The notes beneath the pieces are model-generated. The model searched no databases and was not told where the DNA came from. It saw only the letters and a list, made by a program, of their open reading frames with translations. 44,621 bases of DNA from Neovahlkampfia damariscottae (lineage: Eukaryota): contig JABLTG010000157.1 in the NCBI GenBank assembly GCA_016618085.1, positions 1 to 44,621 of the forward strand, written 5' to 3'. Positions 21,912 through 33,519 of this stretch are shown piece by piece (position 1 is the first letter of the stretch; each line of letters opens with the position of its first letter). Position numbers and translations under genes: made by a program.

Positions 21912-22631
21912 ATGAAAATTTTCTTGTTGTTAGTTTTTGTTGCTGTTGCAATTGCTGAAACGCAATCGATCGTCGCACCACCACCAAATGGTGCAAAACT
22001 CTCCGCTACTGCTGCTTTAAATATTAGAGCTGCTGCTTGTACAAATGGAAGATTAATTAAAACAATTCCTCAAGGTTCAGTGGTAACCTACGCTGGAAAA
22101 TCTGTCAATGCATGTAATTACGTATGGTGGCAAGTGAAAGGAGCTTTTGGAACTGGATGGGCTGCTTCAAATTGGTTAAAAAGAGTTTCTGGTGGAAACA
22201 ACCAAAGAATGAACGCAAAAGGTTTAGCTCTTCTCAAATCATTTGAAGGATTAAGACTCTGCAAATATAAAGACCCAGTTGGTATCTGGACTATCTGTTA
22301 TGGACATGTGTTAAAAGAACCAAATAGATGGAATTGTGTCACTGAAGCCAAATGTACTGAAATTCTCAGATCAGATCTTCAAAGATTTGAAAAATGTGTT
22401 TCAAGCGCTGTTAAAGTACCTTTAAATAGCAACCAATTTTCAGCTCTTGTTTCATTCAGTTTTAACGTTGGATGTGGGGCTCTTCAAGGCTCAACTCTTT
22501 TGAAACTATTAAACCAAAGAAATTACAAAGAAGTTTGTCCACAATTAAAGAGGTGGATATATGCTGGTGGTAGAATTCTTCCTGGATTAGTTAGAAGAAG
22601 AAATGCTGAATGTACCTTATTTAGTGGTTAA
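21912..22631 (+). CDS. Secreted GH24 (phage-type) lysozyme with N-terminal SH3b-like cell-wall-binding domain
   Basis: Signal peptide, then SH3b-like ALNIRAAA...WWQV...TGWAASNWL. GH24 E-x8-D-x5-T triad in FEGLRLCKYKDPVGIWTICYGH, plus NQFSALVSFSFNVG and LPGLVRRRNAE. Intronless. Confidence 0.93.
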   Translation: MKIFLLLVFVAVAIAETQSIVAPPPNGAKLSATAALNIRAAACTNGRLIKTIPQGSVVTYAGKSVNACNYVWWQVKGAFGTGWAASNWLKRVSGGNNQRMNAKGLALLKSFEGLRLCKYKDPVGIWTICYGHVLKEPNRWNCVTEAKCTEILRSDLQRFEKCVSSAVKVPLNSNQFSALVSFSFNVGCGALQGSTLLKLLNQRNYKEVCPQLKRWIYAGGRILPGLVRRRNAECTLFSG

Positions 22632-22688
22632 ATAAAATGTCTTGAATTCTGAATTTGGAAACAGATCATGCTAGTGAGGATTATTAAC

Positions 22689-22807
22689 GCTTACGGCCAT
22701 ACTTAGGAGAAAACACCGCATCCCGTCCGATTTGCGAAGTTAAGCTCCTACAGGCTCTCCTAGTACTAGGGTGGGAGACCACCTGGGAACCGGGAGTGTT
22801 GTAAGCT
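22689..22807 (+). rRNA. 5S ribosomal RNA
   Basis: GCTTACGGCCATAC...ATCCCGTCCGAT...GAAGTTAAGC...TAGTACTAGGGTGGGAGACCACCTGGGAAC...GTGTTGTAAGC, with complementary termini and followed by T-runs (Pol III terminator). Confidence 0.97.
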
Positions 22808-22930
22808 TTTGTTTTTCTGTCGTTCCAATACAAGGTTTCGTTTTTGAGTATTTGTGAAAGTCGATTTTCCAATCGAATCGGTTCATATAGTTATTTTTTC
22901 TCAAACATTTTTGATTGGCAAATTATTTTG

Positions 22931-24530
22931 ATGAAGAGTTTGTTGAAGAAAGAGATACAGAAAAAAGATCTTTCACAAAAAGAATCAGAATTCAATACCA
23001 CAAAATTCCAAATTAAAAAATACATCGAGAATAAACAAAGAATACAGTTACGGTATAATGAAACCAAATTTTTAAATCAAAAGGTTCGAAAAATTATCAC
23101 AAGAACAAAAAATTCCTTCTGCCTTTTTATTGTCCTACATAAAAAATACTGAATTGCCATCTTTAGAGATGGTCATGGATCAAGAATATCAAAAAACTAA
23201 AAGAGATGAAATTGTTAAAAGTTATTCTGAAGTATTGCCAAAAATACAAGAATTATTAAACTTGTTTAAATTTGATAATTTGAATGATATCATTGAAAAG
23301 AAAGATATTATACCCGAAGAATACTCAAATGATTTAATTTTTATTTTGAAAAAATTGACAAAAATTGAAAACGAGCAACTAGCCTCTAATGGAATATATA
23401 AAAAAAATGAAGAAAAGAAAAATGTAAATTTACTTGAATTGGATATTTTATATGATATTTCAAGAGAGGATTTACCTTATTTACTCAATTCAAATAATTC
23501 TGTTCCAATAGAATTTTGTGTACATTTACAGCATCAACAAACATGCAATATCATTTGGAGAAAATTGAAATTAGAAAAATGCATTGATGAAAATATTTTG
23601 TTTTCAAATGTTAAATACTTGTATGAATTCCATTTATACATTACAAAATTATTTCCATTGAAAATAGATGTTATTAGTATTTCAAAATTATCAAAAAAAT
23701 TCACCACTTCTTTAAGCAAATTTATCTTCAAAAATTATCAAAATGATTATAAATCATGTTTAGTTGAAAGTTTATTAATTGATGTAAATGAAATATTCAT
23801 CAAGAATCATCCAGATTATCTTTTAAAAAAGTTGAAAAAAGTCCAAAACAAACAACATCAGATTTTCATTCAAAAATTAAAAAAAATGAATCATTTCAAA
23901 TTGATAAAGGAATTTCACAATGAATCACCTAAAAAATTAAAAATTGATCCTTTGGTAATTCCAAATTCAATCGTTGATTATCTTCAAATAACAAATGATT
24001 TTGATGAAGATTTGAAAGAAAAAAAATTGGATCCCATTGAAATTGATATGGATTTAGATTTTATAGATCGAAGACAATTATATTTTCATTTGAATTTTAC
24101 AAATGAATTATGGAATGAAAAAATCAAAAATCAAATAATTCTTGAATTTCAAAGAATTAATTTATTTCATTATGTCATTAACAATGGATATTATTTATCA
24201 CCAAAATCAATTTCGAAAATTGAAAATATCATACCAGGATATAAATATCAAAAAAATAAATTAAAAATTTTCGCGACTTTTTACAAAGGAAAATATTATG
24301 AAAACTGGAAAGAAGAAGAAATTCAAATTTTTGAAGAATTAATTTTCAAACAATTAAAGATATATAAACATGATTTCAATCAATTTAAAATGATCCATTT
24401 AAGCACCAAAGAATTAGAAATTTTGAAACCAATTTACAAGAATTTATTGTATTCATTGAATGAAAGGAATTTATTTACCTCAAATTTGACTCTGAATCAA
24501 TTCAGATATTGTGTTACTAAAAATAAATGA
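22931..24530 (+). CDS. Hypothetical protein
   Basis: ATTGG then ATG 22931. A 31-nt intron (gtataatg...caaaag) joins it in frame to the 466-aa ORF. No domain recognised. Confidence 0.7.
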
Positions 24531-24571
24531 ATTAAAAAAATCCACCAACCAGAATCATCCATATCAAAAAC

Positions 24572-25480
24572 ATGTCTAAATTCAAAAACCATTTAATCAA
24601 ATTAATCAAAACTTCAGGAGGGGAAGTTGTTGATAATTTATTTGTCACTAAGCCAGGTGTCAAAATTCTTCAAGAAAGTGTAAAAAAAAAGAAAATTAAA
24701 AATAATACTAGGTATCAACTCCATTCGCAAAAGAGTTATACAAATCTTTCAATATTGAATCTGATAAAGATTATTTATCAGCTGGTGAATTTAAAGGGAG
24801 AATTACTTATTTATCCTTCAAAAATGAATCAACTGAAGAACAAGCAAAGAAATATCATGACTTGATGATTAAAAAATTGAAACATTTATCTGTATACGCT
24901 GGAAATGATATTACCTTTTTAATTGCTGGTTGTACTATTGAAACAGCATTAGAATTTATCGCACATAATGAATCAAGGGTTGCTAGACTAACTTCTTCAA
25001 AAACAAGAGCTATGAGTGACACACTATATCGTATTCAAGAACCTGGTATTGAAAAACAAAAAGAATTTATCAAAAAATTTCTTCAATTAAGAGAACAATA
25101 CTCGAAGGATGTGATTCATGAAAAAAGTTACAAGGAAGGTGCTGAAATGAACACTGAATTGTTTAATATTTTAAACATAGGTGCTAAAGCAACAGCTTTT
25201 ACTTATAGTATGACCATCAAAGATTTACATAAAGTTAGATTATAGTTACTTATTTCTAAATATATTGTAAAGTTATTCATTGGAAGAATTGGACCAGAAG
25301 GAAATGAAAAAGAAAGTATTTTGAAACTATATTTTAATCATTTTTTTAGTGATCGAGATCTGTTCTGAAATGTGTCGTCAATTGCATGAAAAATATCCAG
25401 ATTTTTTTGATTCACCAGAAATTTACTGGGAATTGAACACAAAGGGGCCAGGAAATGCTGAAAAATTAAATATTGGTTAA
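24572..25480 (+). CDS. ThyX/Thy1-like (flavin-dependent thymidylate synthase fold) protein, atypical motif
   Basis: Spliced: AGEFKGRITYLSF...KHLSVYAGNDITFLIAGCTIETALEFIAHNESRVARLTSSK...TAFTYSMTIKDLHK|LFIGRIGPEGNEKE|MIEICSEMCRQLHEKYP. This is collinear with ThyX motifs (GRxCY, HxSxxEH, TF, TMNxR, EIR). Three introns. Confidence 0.7.
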
Positions 25481-25557
25481 TAGAATTATCTTTAAAAAAA
25501 AAACATCATTTATTTGTTCATTTTCAATTGTCCAATCGTTTTTCTTCTACTTTAAAA

Positions 25558-28203
25558 ATGACTTCAACGGATCTCCAATTGAAAATAAAAAAGAAAAGCA
25601 TGGAAGAGATGGACTCAAATGATGAGTTTGAAGAGAATATATACAAAAAGAAGACAAGAAAAAAAACAAAAATCAAAGTTAAAGAATCGGATGATTTCCA
25701 TATAAATTTAGAGTCAGAAATTGATTTCTTTGAAGAACCAAAAAAACCAAGTGAAGAAACATCAAATCGAAAAAAATCGAAAAAAAAAACGGTCACTGAA
25801 GAAACACATGTACAATATGAAGAAACTCCAAAAAAAAAGAAAAAGAAAAAAAAGGAAGATTTTTCTGATGATGAAGATGAGATATGTAAAAAGAAAAAGA
25901 AAAAGAACAAAAATGAAAATCAAGAGGAAGAAGAAGAAGTAACAAAGAAAAAAAAGAAAAAGAAAAAAAAGTACGAATCAGAAGACGAGGACGAACAATC
26001 AGAAGACGAAATAAAAAAGAAAAGAAAGAAATCAAAAATCAAAAAGGAAACTTCTCTCCATGATATTGAACAAATCGATTCTGAAAAAAAGTTAACAAGA
26101 AAAAAGTCAAAAAAAGTGGTGGACGAAAATGAAGATGATACGAAAAAGTTGAAGAAAAAAAAATCAAAGAAACACCTCAAAGAATCAGACAATGATGATG
26201 AAGAAGAAAAAGTGACACCTGTCAAAAGAAAAAAATCAAAGAAACACCTTAAAGAATCAGACAATGATGAAGATGAAGAAATACCTGTGAAACGAAGAAA
26301 ATCTAAAAAATCATTGAAAGATCTGGATGAATCATCTTTTAATAGAAAATCAAAGAAATCTATTTTGCCTGATGAAGAAGTGATCAAAAAAAAAAAGAAA
26401 AAAAATTCAATACTACCTGATTCTGAAGAAGAACTTGAAGATATAAAAAAGAATTCAAAAACAAAAATTGAATATGAAAATCAATCCAAAAATGAAGAAG
26501 TTAAAAAATCAAAAATCTATGAAGAAGAAGAAGAAATTTCAGTAACAAAATCATCAAGAAAAGATTCAATTTTTGTTATTGAACAAAATAATTTACTTGA
26601 GACAAAAATTGAAAAATTAAAAAAAGCTAAAAAGTCGATAATCAAAAATAAGAATGAAAATGTACAAAAGAAGATTGAAATTGAAGAATATGTTCCATCT
26701 GAAGAAGAGTATTTCTCAGATAATGACATTTCACTTTCAAAATCAATTCAAACAAATGATCCTACATCAACTTCAACAGCTGATGATGTTTCTCTTGGAA
26801 AAAAAGATAGTCTAATTCAGCAATATGAATTAGCGTATAAAGAAAGTAAAGAGAAATTTGAGTCACTTGAAAAAAATGAAAAAAAGAAACAAAAAGAACA
26901 AGAAGAAGAAACTTCATCATGTTGCTCTTGTTTTTGGAATATATTTGATGTATTAGATCATTTATTTGATAGTATTGATTTTGTTGATGATTTCATGTTT
27001 CATGGTGTAAATAGATCTCAACAACAAAATAATGAAACAAAAACTTCAACATCAAAAGTTGAATTAAAATCACGTGAAAAAATGAAATATTTTCAAACAA
27101 CATTACAAAATATCTTGCAATTACCTGGTGAAAATAAAGAAATACCAAAAATTGTAGATTTGATAACATCTTATATTAACAAATATTGTTTGAATGAGAA
27201 TTTCTTGTTTTTTAATGATTCATCACGTTTGGAATGTGATAATTTGATTGAAGAAATTGAAGATGATATTTCAAAGTTTGATCCAAGAAAATACTCAGTC
27301 AACATTCTATGCAGTAAGAAAAAGAAGAAAAGAATTTTTAATTTTTTTTATTTTTAAGCTGTTTTTAAGAGATTTTTATTTTCTTTACAATTACCAGTGA
27401 TATCAAAACATTTATTTGATAAATATGTTGATTATAGTGATGAAGAAAATGTTGAACAAATCAAAGAACTCAATCGAGAATTACCAAATGTGAATTATCT
27501 TGTTTTAAGAAAAACTATTGAAATGCTGTATTTTATTAAAGAAAATGGTGAAAAGAATGATATGAATTCAATTAAATTAGCATCCATTTTTGGTGATTTA
27601 ATTTTAAGAGGAAAGAAAAATGAAAGCAGACATAAATTGAAACAATCATGTTTATTTTTGATTCAAAATTTTATTGAAATATTTAATGTAACAGAAGATG
27701 AAAAGAAAATCTGGCCACTTTTATCTGGGGTTGCTGATGATGAACCTGATGAATATCGATTCCCAATTGAAAATGAAAATTTGAATTTACAAAATCAGAA
27801 AAGTTTCAAATTGATTAATATTGGAATTGGTGATGTAGATATTGATAAAACAGTTAAATTTAAAGGTGAAATTTTAATGAAAAATAATTTCACAAAGAAA
27901 TGGAAATCTGTTTATATTATTTTAAGACAAGATAAATTAGTTGTTTTTAATTCAAAAGATGATTGGAAAAATGGAAGAAATCATATTTTGAGTTTATTTA
28001 TGGAATATGCTGTAGTTGAAGACGAAGAGGATGTCAAAGATCGTCAATTCTGTTTTTCTGTGTTCAGTCGAAGTTCAAGATATTATTTCTCAGCAGATTC
28101 ACAAAAAAAGAAACAAAAATGGATGACATCAATCAATGAACATATCAATTCAAAATATCAATTTACAAATGAAACTCAAATCAAAAATAGATTCAACCAA
28201 TAA
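25558..28203 (+). CDS. Lys/Glu-rich protein with RhoGAP-like and C-terminal PH domains
   Basis: RhoGAP-like IPKIV...ENFLFF...KRFLFSLQLPVI...LPNVNYLVL...NDMNSIKLASIFG, then PH-like KKWKSVYIILR...YYFSADSQKKKQKWM. One intron near 27313-27358. Confidence 0.85.
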
Positions 28204-28219
28204 ATAGTAGATATATAAT

Positions 28220-29084
28220 TTATTTTTTCTTTGGATAAAGAGGAGTGGAAGTTGGAAATTTCAGTTTTTCATTTACTTCTTTACCTAAATGCTCTGGTAA
28301 TAAATTATCAGTGTCAATGTATGCTTGAAGTTCTTTTGCATCAGCCAAATGAATCTTTGCTTTTGTAACTGGATCAATGAATGCACCAGCTATAGCATAT
28401 AAAATATTAAATAACCAATTAGCGTGTAATATGAATATTTTTCCCAATAATTCAGGATAATAATCACCAATAGAGACCTTTGAATGATTAAATAACATTA
28501 ATATTGTTTACCATTCGCTTGATCAATGCAAGATCAAAATTTGATCTTTGATAACCTTCACGGTCATAAATAGCCATAAATTGATTGTATGGTGGGGGTG
28601 GTAATAGTTTTTCTGCTTTTCTGACAACGTAAACAAATAATTTCCATGAGTCTTCAAGAGTTTCTGCATTTGGCCAATGACGAGCAGCTTTAATAATAAT
28701 TACAGGTCTTTTATGTTTATCAAATCCATAAATAAATATTTTTCCAAAAGCGATTTCATCAGGAAATTCTTTTTCATTCAAAGAATCTGGTTTAAATTCT
28801 CCAAACCTAAAAAAATACTGTTAATAAAAATGTATGGAGCACCATTCTCTTCTTGAACGATACATAGATTCTGCGTCTTTGAAATTCATTTTTCTTGCTT
28901 TTAAAAATCTCCAAATCTCGTTTGAGTCCTTGACTTCTTCAGGATAGTCTTTTTCAAGTATTTTTTTGAATTCTTCCAGTTGTGAAAGTTCTTCTTTTGT
29001 TATGAGGGTTTCTATTTCTTTTCCTGTTGACGTAGGTGTTTCATCTTCAAAAATGCTTTTTTCTTCAATCTTCACTTCTGTCAT
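28220..29084 (-). CDS. CRAL-TRIO (Sec14-like) protein
   Basis: Motifs IWRFLKARKMN, GFDKHKRPVII, DYYPELLGKIFILHANWLF and FIDPVTKAKI. Two introns. Confidence 0.92.
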
Positions 29085-29391
29085 GAAAACAACGTTGAGA
29101 AAAATGTTTTTTGATTGGACAAGAAAAAATTAATCTAAATATAAATACTAAGAGAACTTGAATGAAGTAGAGTTTTCGTAAAATTCTCTATAGCCCTGTT
29201 AATTAAAAGTTGGACCACTTCTACATTATTGGTCAGAATTCTTTTCTTCAATTTTAGGTCAACAGCCAATTGAAGAAACAATTTTCCAACTTGAAAAAAA
29301 ATTTATTTCATTCAAAAAAAAAAGAAATATTTGTCAAATGTATTGTGATCATTCTTCATTGGTCAATTTCTTAACGTTAAGTTTTTTTCTG

Positions 29392-30595
29392 ATGTCAAAA
29401 CGAAAAATTAAATTTCAAAAAAAAAGAGAAGAAGAAGAAGAAGAACATTCACCAATAAATTACACAAATACTGGATCTTTAGTTGTCAATAAATTTTTAA
29501 GATCTGGAGAAAAAACGTCTTCATCCATCAGAATCAGTCCAAAGGGATATTTACACAAAGAAAAAATAGACTTAAAAGATTATAAACTCAAAAAAACACT
29601 TGGAGTGAGTTCATTAAATGGAGGTGTAGAATTATTAGAAAACGATAAAAAAGAGAAAATCATTGTCAAAACAATCAAAATAGATCCAACAAAAGCCAAA
29701 GAAATTTTATCAGAAATTGAACTTTTACAATCATGTGACCATCCACAAATAGTATGTTTAAAAAATGCATTTTTAGAAGAAAAAAGAATTAAATTAATTT
29801 TAGAATATATGGACTGTGGTAGTTTAGACAAAATAATTGAATTTTATTTTGAACATCAAAAAGGTCAAACTTTATCAGAAGTATATATTTCAAAAATTAC
29901 AAGAAAAATTTTAAAAGGATTAGATTATCTTCATAATGATAGGAAAACAATTCATCGAGATTTAAAACCTCATAATATTTTGGTAGATTCACAAGGTCAT
30001 ATTAAAGTATCATTATTCTTTTTCTTATTTATTTTGATAGATTGCTGATTTTGGTGCTGCTGGGATTGACCAAAGTGAAGAATCAAATGAAAAAGAAATT
30101 AGAAAAACGTAAGTGAACAGAAATCTTGATCTGACAATATTTTCAAGTTTTATTGGAAGTGAAGCCTATATGTCACCAGAACGTTTACTTGGAGATGATT
30201 ATTCATTTCCTTCTGATGTTTGGAGTTTAGGTGTTATTGTTGGATATATGTCATTTGGACAATTTCCTTTTAATTTGAAAGACAATTCCGAAACTGGAAA
30301 TAATATGTTTGGACTATTAAAATTGGTAAAAGAACCGATAAAATTTGATTCGGAAATTGCTTCAAAAGAATTGATTTCATTTGTTAGTCAATGTTGTATT
30401 TTAGATCCAAAGAAAAGAGAAAATGTCAAAGAATTATTGAATCATGAATTCATTTTAAAGTATAAAAATGAAAAAGAACATTCTTTGAAGAAATTTATAA
30501 GAGATGATTATTTGGCGAAAAAAAGAACGACAAAATCAAAGTCAATTGAATTGATTGATCCAAAAATATTTGAAAATTTAAGTCTCGATAAATAA
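29392..30595 (+). CDS. MAP kinase kinase (STE7 family)-like kinase, paralogue A
   Basis: Motifs LEYMDCGSLD, IHRDLKPHN, KIADFG and TFIGSEAYMSPERL. Two introns. Confidence 0.9.
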
Positions 30596-30700
30596 AATAA
30601 ATTCTTCATTTTCGACTTTCCAATGAACAAATATTTATCCAATGATTAGCTCCGAAAATAAACCAATAGAATCAAGAATAATTTCTCATACATTTTTGAC

Positions 30701-32070
30701 ATGAAAAAGGGAAAGAGAAAATTGGGTTTTGCTCTTACAAAAACAGAAGAAGAAGAAAAAATTGAAGCTATGAAATATACAGAAACTGGTTCTATTCAGC
30801 TTCATGGCATCAATCGAGATGGAAAAAAAACAAGTTCGCAAAAAAAAAAAAAAAAAACTAAAAAAAACAAACTAAAGGTGGTCAAGTGAAAATTTCAAAA
30901 GATGGTTTACGTAATTCATCAGGTGAGGTAATTGTTCTAAAAGATTACAAATTACTTAAAAAAATTGGTCAAGCGTCTTTAAACGAAGGTGTTGAGATTA
31001 TGTGTCATAAAGACAATCCAAAAGATAGAATAGTGGTAAAATCAATCGTTATAGATCCTACAAAATCAAAAGAAATTTTATGCGAAGTTCAAACACTCAG
31101 CGCTTGTAAATCACCGCAAATCATTAAATTAAAAAATTGTTTCTTGGAAGAAAAAAGAATCAAATTAGTACTTGAATTCATGGATTGTGGTTCCTTGGAT
31201 GGTGTTGTTGATTTTCTTTATAGTATTGAAGAAACCATGTCCGAAGAAACCGTCGCAAAAATTTCAGAACAAATGCTTTTAGGGCTTCAATATGTTCATG
31301 ATACACTTCAAACAGTTCATAGAGGTAATAGAATGAAAACTTAAAAAAAAAAATTTAGATTTAAAACCTGCGAATATTTTAGTCAATTCTTTAGGTAAAA
31401 TTAAAATTGCAGGTAAAAAATAAAATTAAAAGTAAAATTGATATCTCAAAGATTTTGGAACTGCTGGTATAAAAGATACTTTAAATGATGAAGAAAAAGT
31501 TCAAGATCTATTACAGACGTAACACTTTTAAAATCTTTTTAATTTTTTTAGTTTTGTAAATTTTCATTTTTTTTTTTTTTAAAATTCATTTCAAAAAAGG
31601 TTGGATCTGAGGCATACATGTCACCAGAACGTTTATTAGTTTGAAAATTATTAAAAAATTAATTTTGAAAGGGAAAATCATATTCATATGCTTCTGATAT
31701 TTGGAGTTTTGGTATTATTGTCGCATATTGTTTATTTGGATATTTTCCATTTAGTTTAAAAGATAATTCAACAGCAGGAAATAATATGTTTGGATTATTA
31801 AAAATTGTTCAAAAAGAAGATTTTATTGATTTTTCAAAAATAAAATGTTCAGATGATGCTATTGACTTTATAAAAAAATGTTGTTTACAAGAACCAAGTG
31901 AAAGACCAACAGCAAAAGATTTATTGCAACATCCTTTCATTACAAAAAATTCAAAAGAAGGAATTAGTTTGAAAGAATTTGTTCAAACTTCATATGTTAA
32001 AAAAAAAAGAGAATTGAAACAAAAACAAAAACAAATTGATGGTGATTTAACAAAAACTTTAGTTGTTTAA
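30701..32070 (+). CDS. MAP kinase kinase (STE7 family)-like kinase, paralogue B
   Basis: Motifs LEFMDCGSLD, VHR|DLKPAN, KIA|DFG and T|F|VGSEAYMSPERLL|G. Six introns and a 4-nt microexon (31552-31555). Confidence 0.9.
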
Positions 32071-33380
32071 ATCTTTAATAAAATTTCGTAAATTTTCAAT
32101 TTTTAAAAATTCTTCATTTCCTGATGACATATTTTTGATTTTTATTTGTTGTTTTGAAAATTCATCTTCACCAAAAATAAAACAAAAAGTGGATTGTTGG
32201 TCATTAGATTTTTCAAGTTGTTTTTTTAAACTACCTTCTTCTGAATAAGTAACTCGAATACCATTTTCACGAAGTATGTTGATGATCTTTAAGCCTTGAA
32301 AGACTAGATTTTCATCTTCAAAAGATACAAAAATGAATGAAATCAATAATGTTGTATCATCTTCATCTTCAATTAGTAATTTTAACCTTTCGATTCCAGA
32401 TGCCCATCCTATTGCTGGAATTGAATTACCCCCTAAAATTTTGACTAATTCATTGTATCTCCCTCCTGCCAATATTGTATTCTTTGATGTTCCTAAATTA
32501 GAATCTTCAACTTTAAATTCAAAAGTTGTATGGGTATAATAATCAAGACCTCGAACTAAATAAGGATTTAACTCATATTGAATATCAAAATTTCTTAAAT
32601 ATTTTAAAACTTTTTCAAAATGATTCCAACTAAAAGATGTAAATTCTAAAATAGTGAATACTTTTTTTCAGAAATGAAATTAGATATTTTTGGTGCATTG
32701 GAAATAATTTCTTGATCAAAACTACTCTTTGAATCTAAAATTCTTAAAACATGTTGATGATTCAATTTCTCTTGACTTGATTTTGACAAATCAAATTCAT
32801 GTTTCTTCAAAAAAGTTAACAAATTTTTTTTATAAATATTTCTATCATCTAAATCGCCCAGAGTATTAATTTCCAATTTAAAATTCAGAATTTTCAATTC
32901 TTTCAAAAAATCAACAGCCATTTGAATAATTTGAAAATCAGACAATGGATTATTAGAACCAAAATGTTCAACTCCAAATTGATGAAATTGACGATATCTA
33001 CCTTTTTGTGGTCTTTCATATCGAAACATTGGACCATCATAAGAATATTTTTGTGGTAATTTATAAATCAAAGAATTGGAAATTAGACTTCTAACAATAC
33101 CTGCTGTATTTTCTGGTCTCAAACAAATATCTTCTTTTGATTTTTTGAAAGAATACATTTCTTTTGAAATTACATCAGATTCTTCTCCTAATGTTGTTTT
33201 GAATATTCCTTCATTTTCTAAAATTGGTGTTGTTATTTTTTTGAAATTATATTTTGAAGTGATTTTGTAGCCAGTATTTGTAATTTTATCATGTTTTTTT
33301 TGTTCTATTGGTAGTATGTCATGTGTTCCTCGTAATGGTTGGAATAATTTTGAATATCTCTTCACTTGTTTCATCACCAT
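32059..33380 (-). CDS. hisS: Histidyl-tRNA synthetase, bacterial/mitochondrial type
   Basis: Motifs RGTHD, LRPENTAG, FRYERPQKGRYRQFHQ, LVRGLDYY and GGRY, plus an anticodon-binding domain. One intron. Confidence 0.95.
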
Positions 33381-33399
33381 TGGAAATGAAGAAAATTAT

Positions 33400-33475
33400 G
33401 ACCAATAAAAATTATATTTTTATTTCACATGTGTTAAAAAACTTCTTCTGATGCTTCATATGAATTTTAACTTTT
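33400..33475 (-). pseudogene. Deleted remnant copy of the 3' end and downstream intergenic region of the 34859-35503 gene
   Basis: 33400-33447 matches 34829-34872 with a 31-bp identical core. It continues with cttcttctgatgcttcatatgaattttaactttt, matching pieces of 34960-35034. Confidence 0.8.
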
Positions 33476-33519
33476 GTACTGATTCATGATGAGTTTATTC
33501 AAATTTTACTTAAATTTTG

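Noticed and set aside
22684..22872. 62-aa minus-strand ORF
   Set aside because: Antisense shadow of the 5S rRNA gene.
25524..26729. Phe/Ser-rich minus-strand ORFs (similar ones at 14340, 15150, 41120, 42056)
   Set aside because: Antisense shadows of Lys/Glu-rich or conserved plus-strand genes.
29150..29235. Small hairpin (agagtttt-cgt-aaaattct) and ACA triplet suggesting an H/ACA RNA
   Set aside because: The structure is too weak in an AT-rich background and there is no convincing second hairpin or H box.
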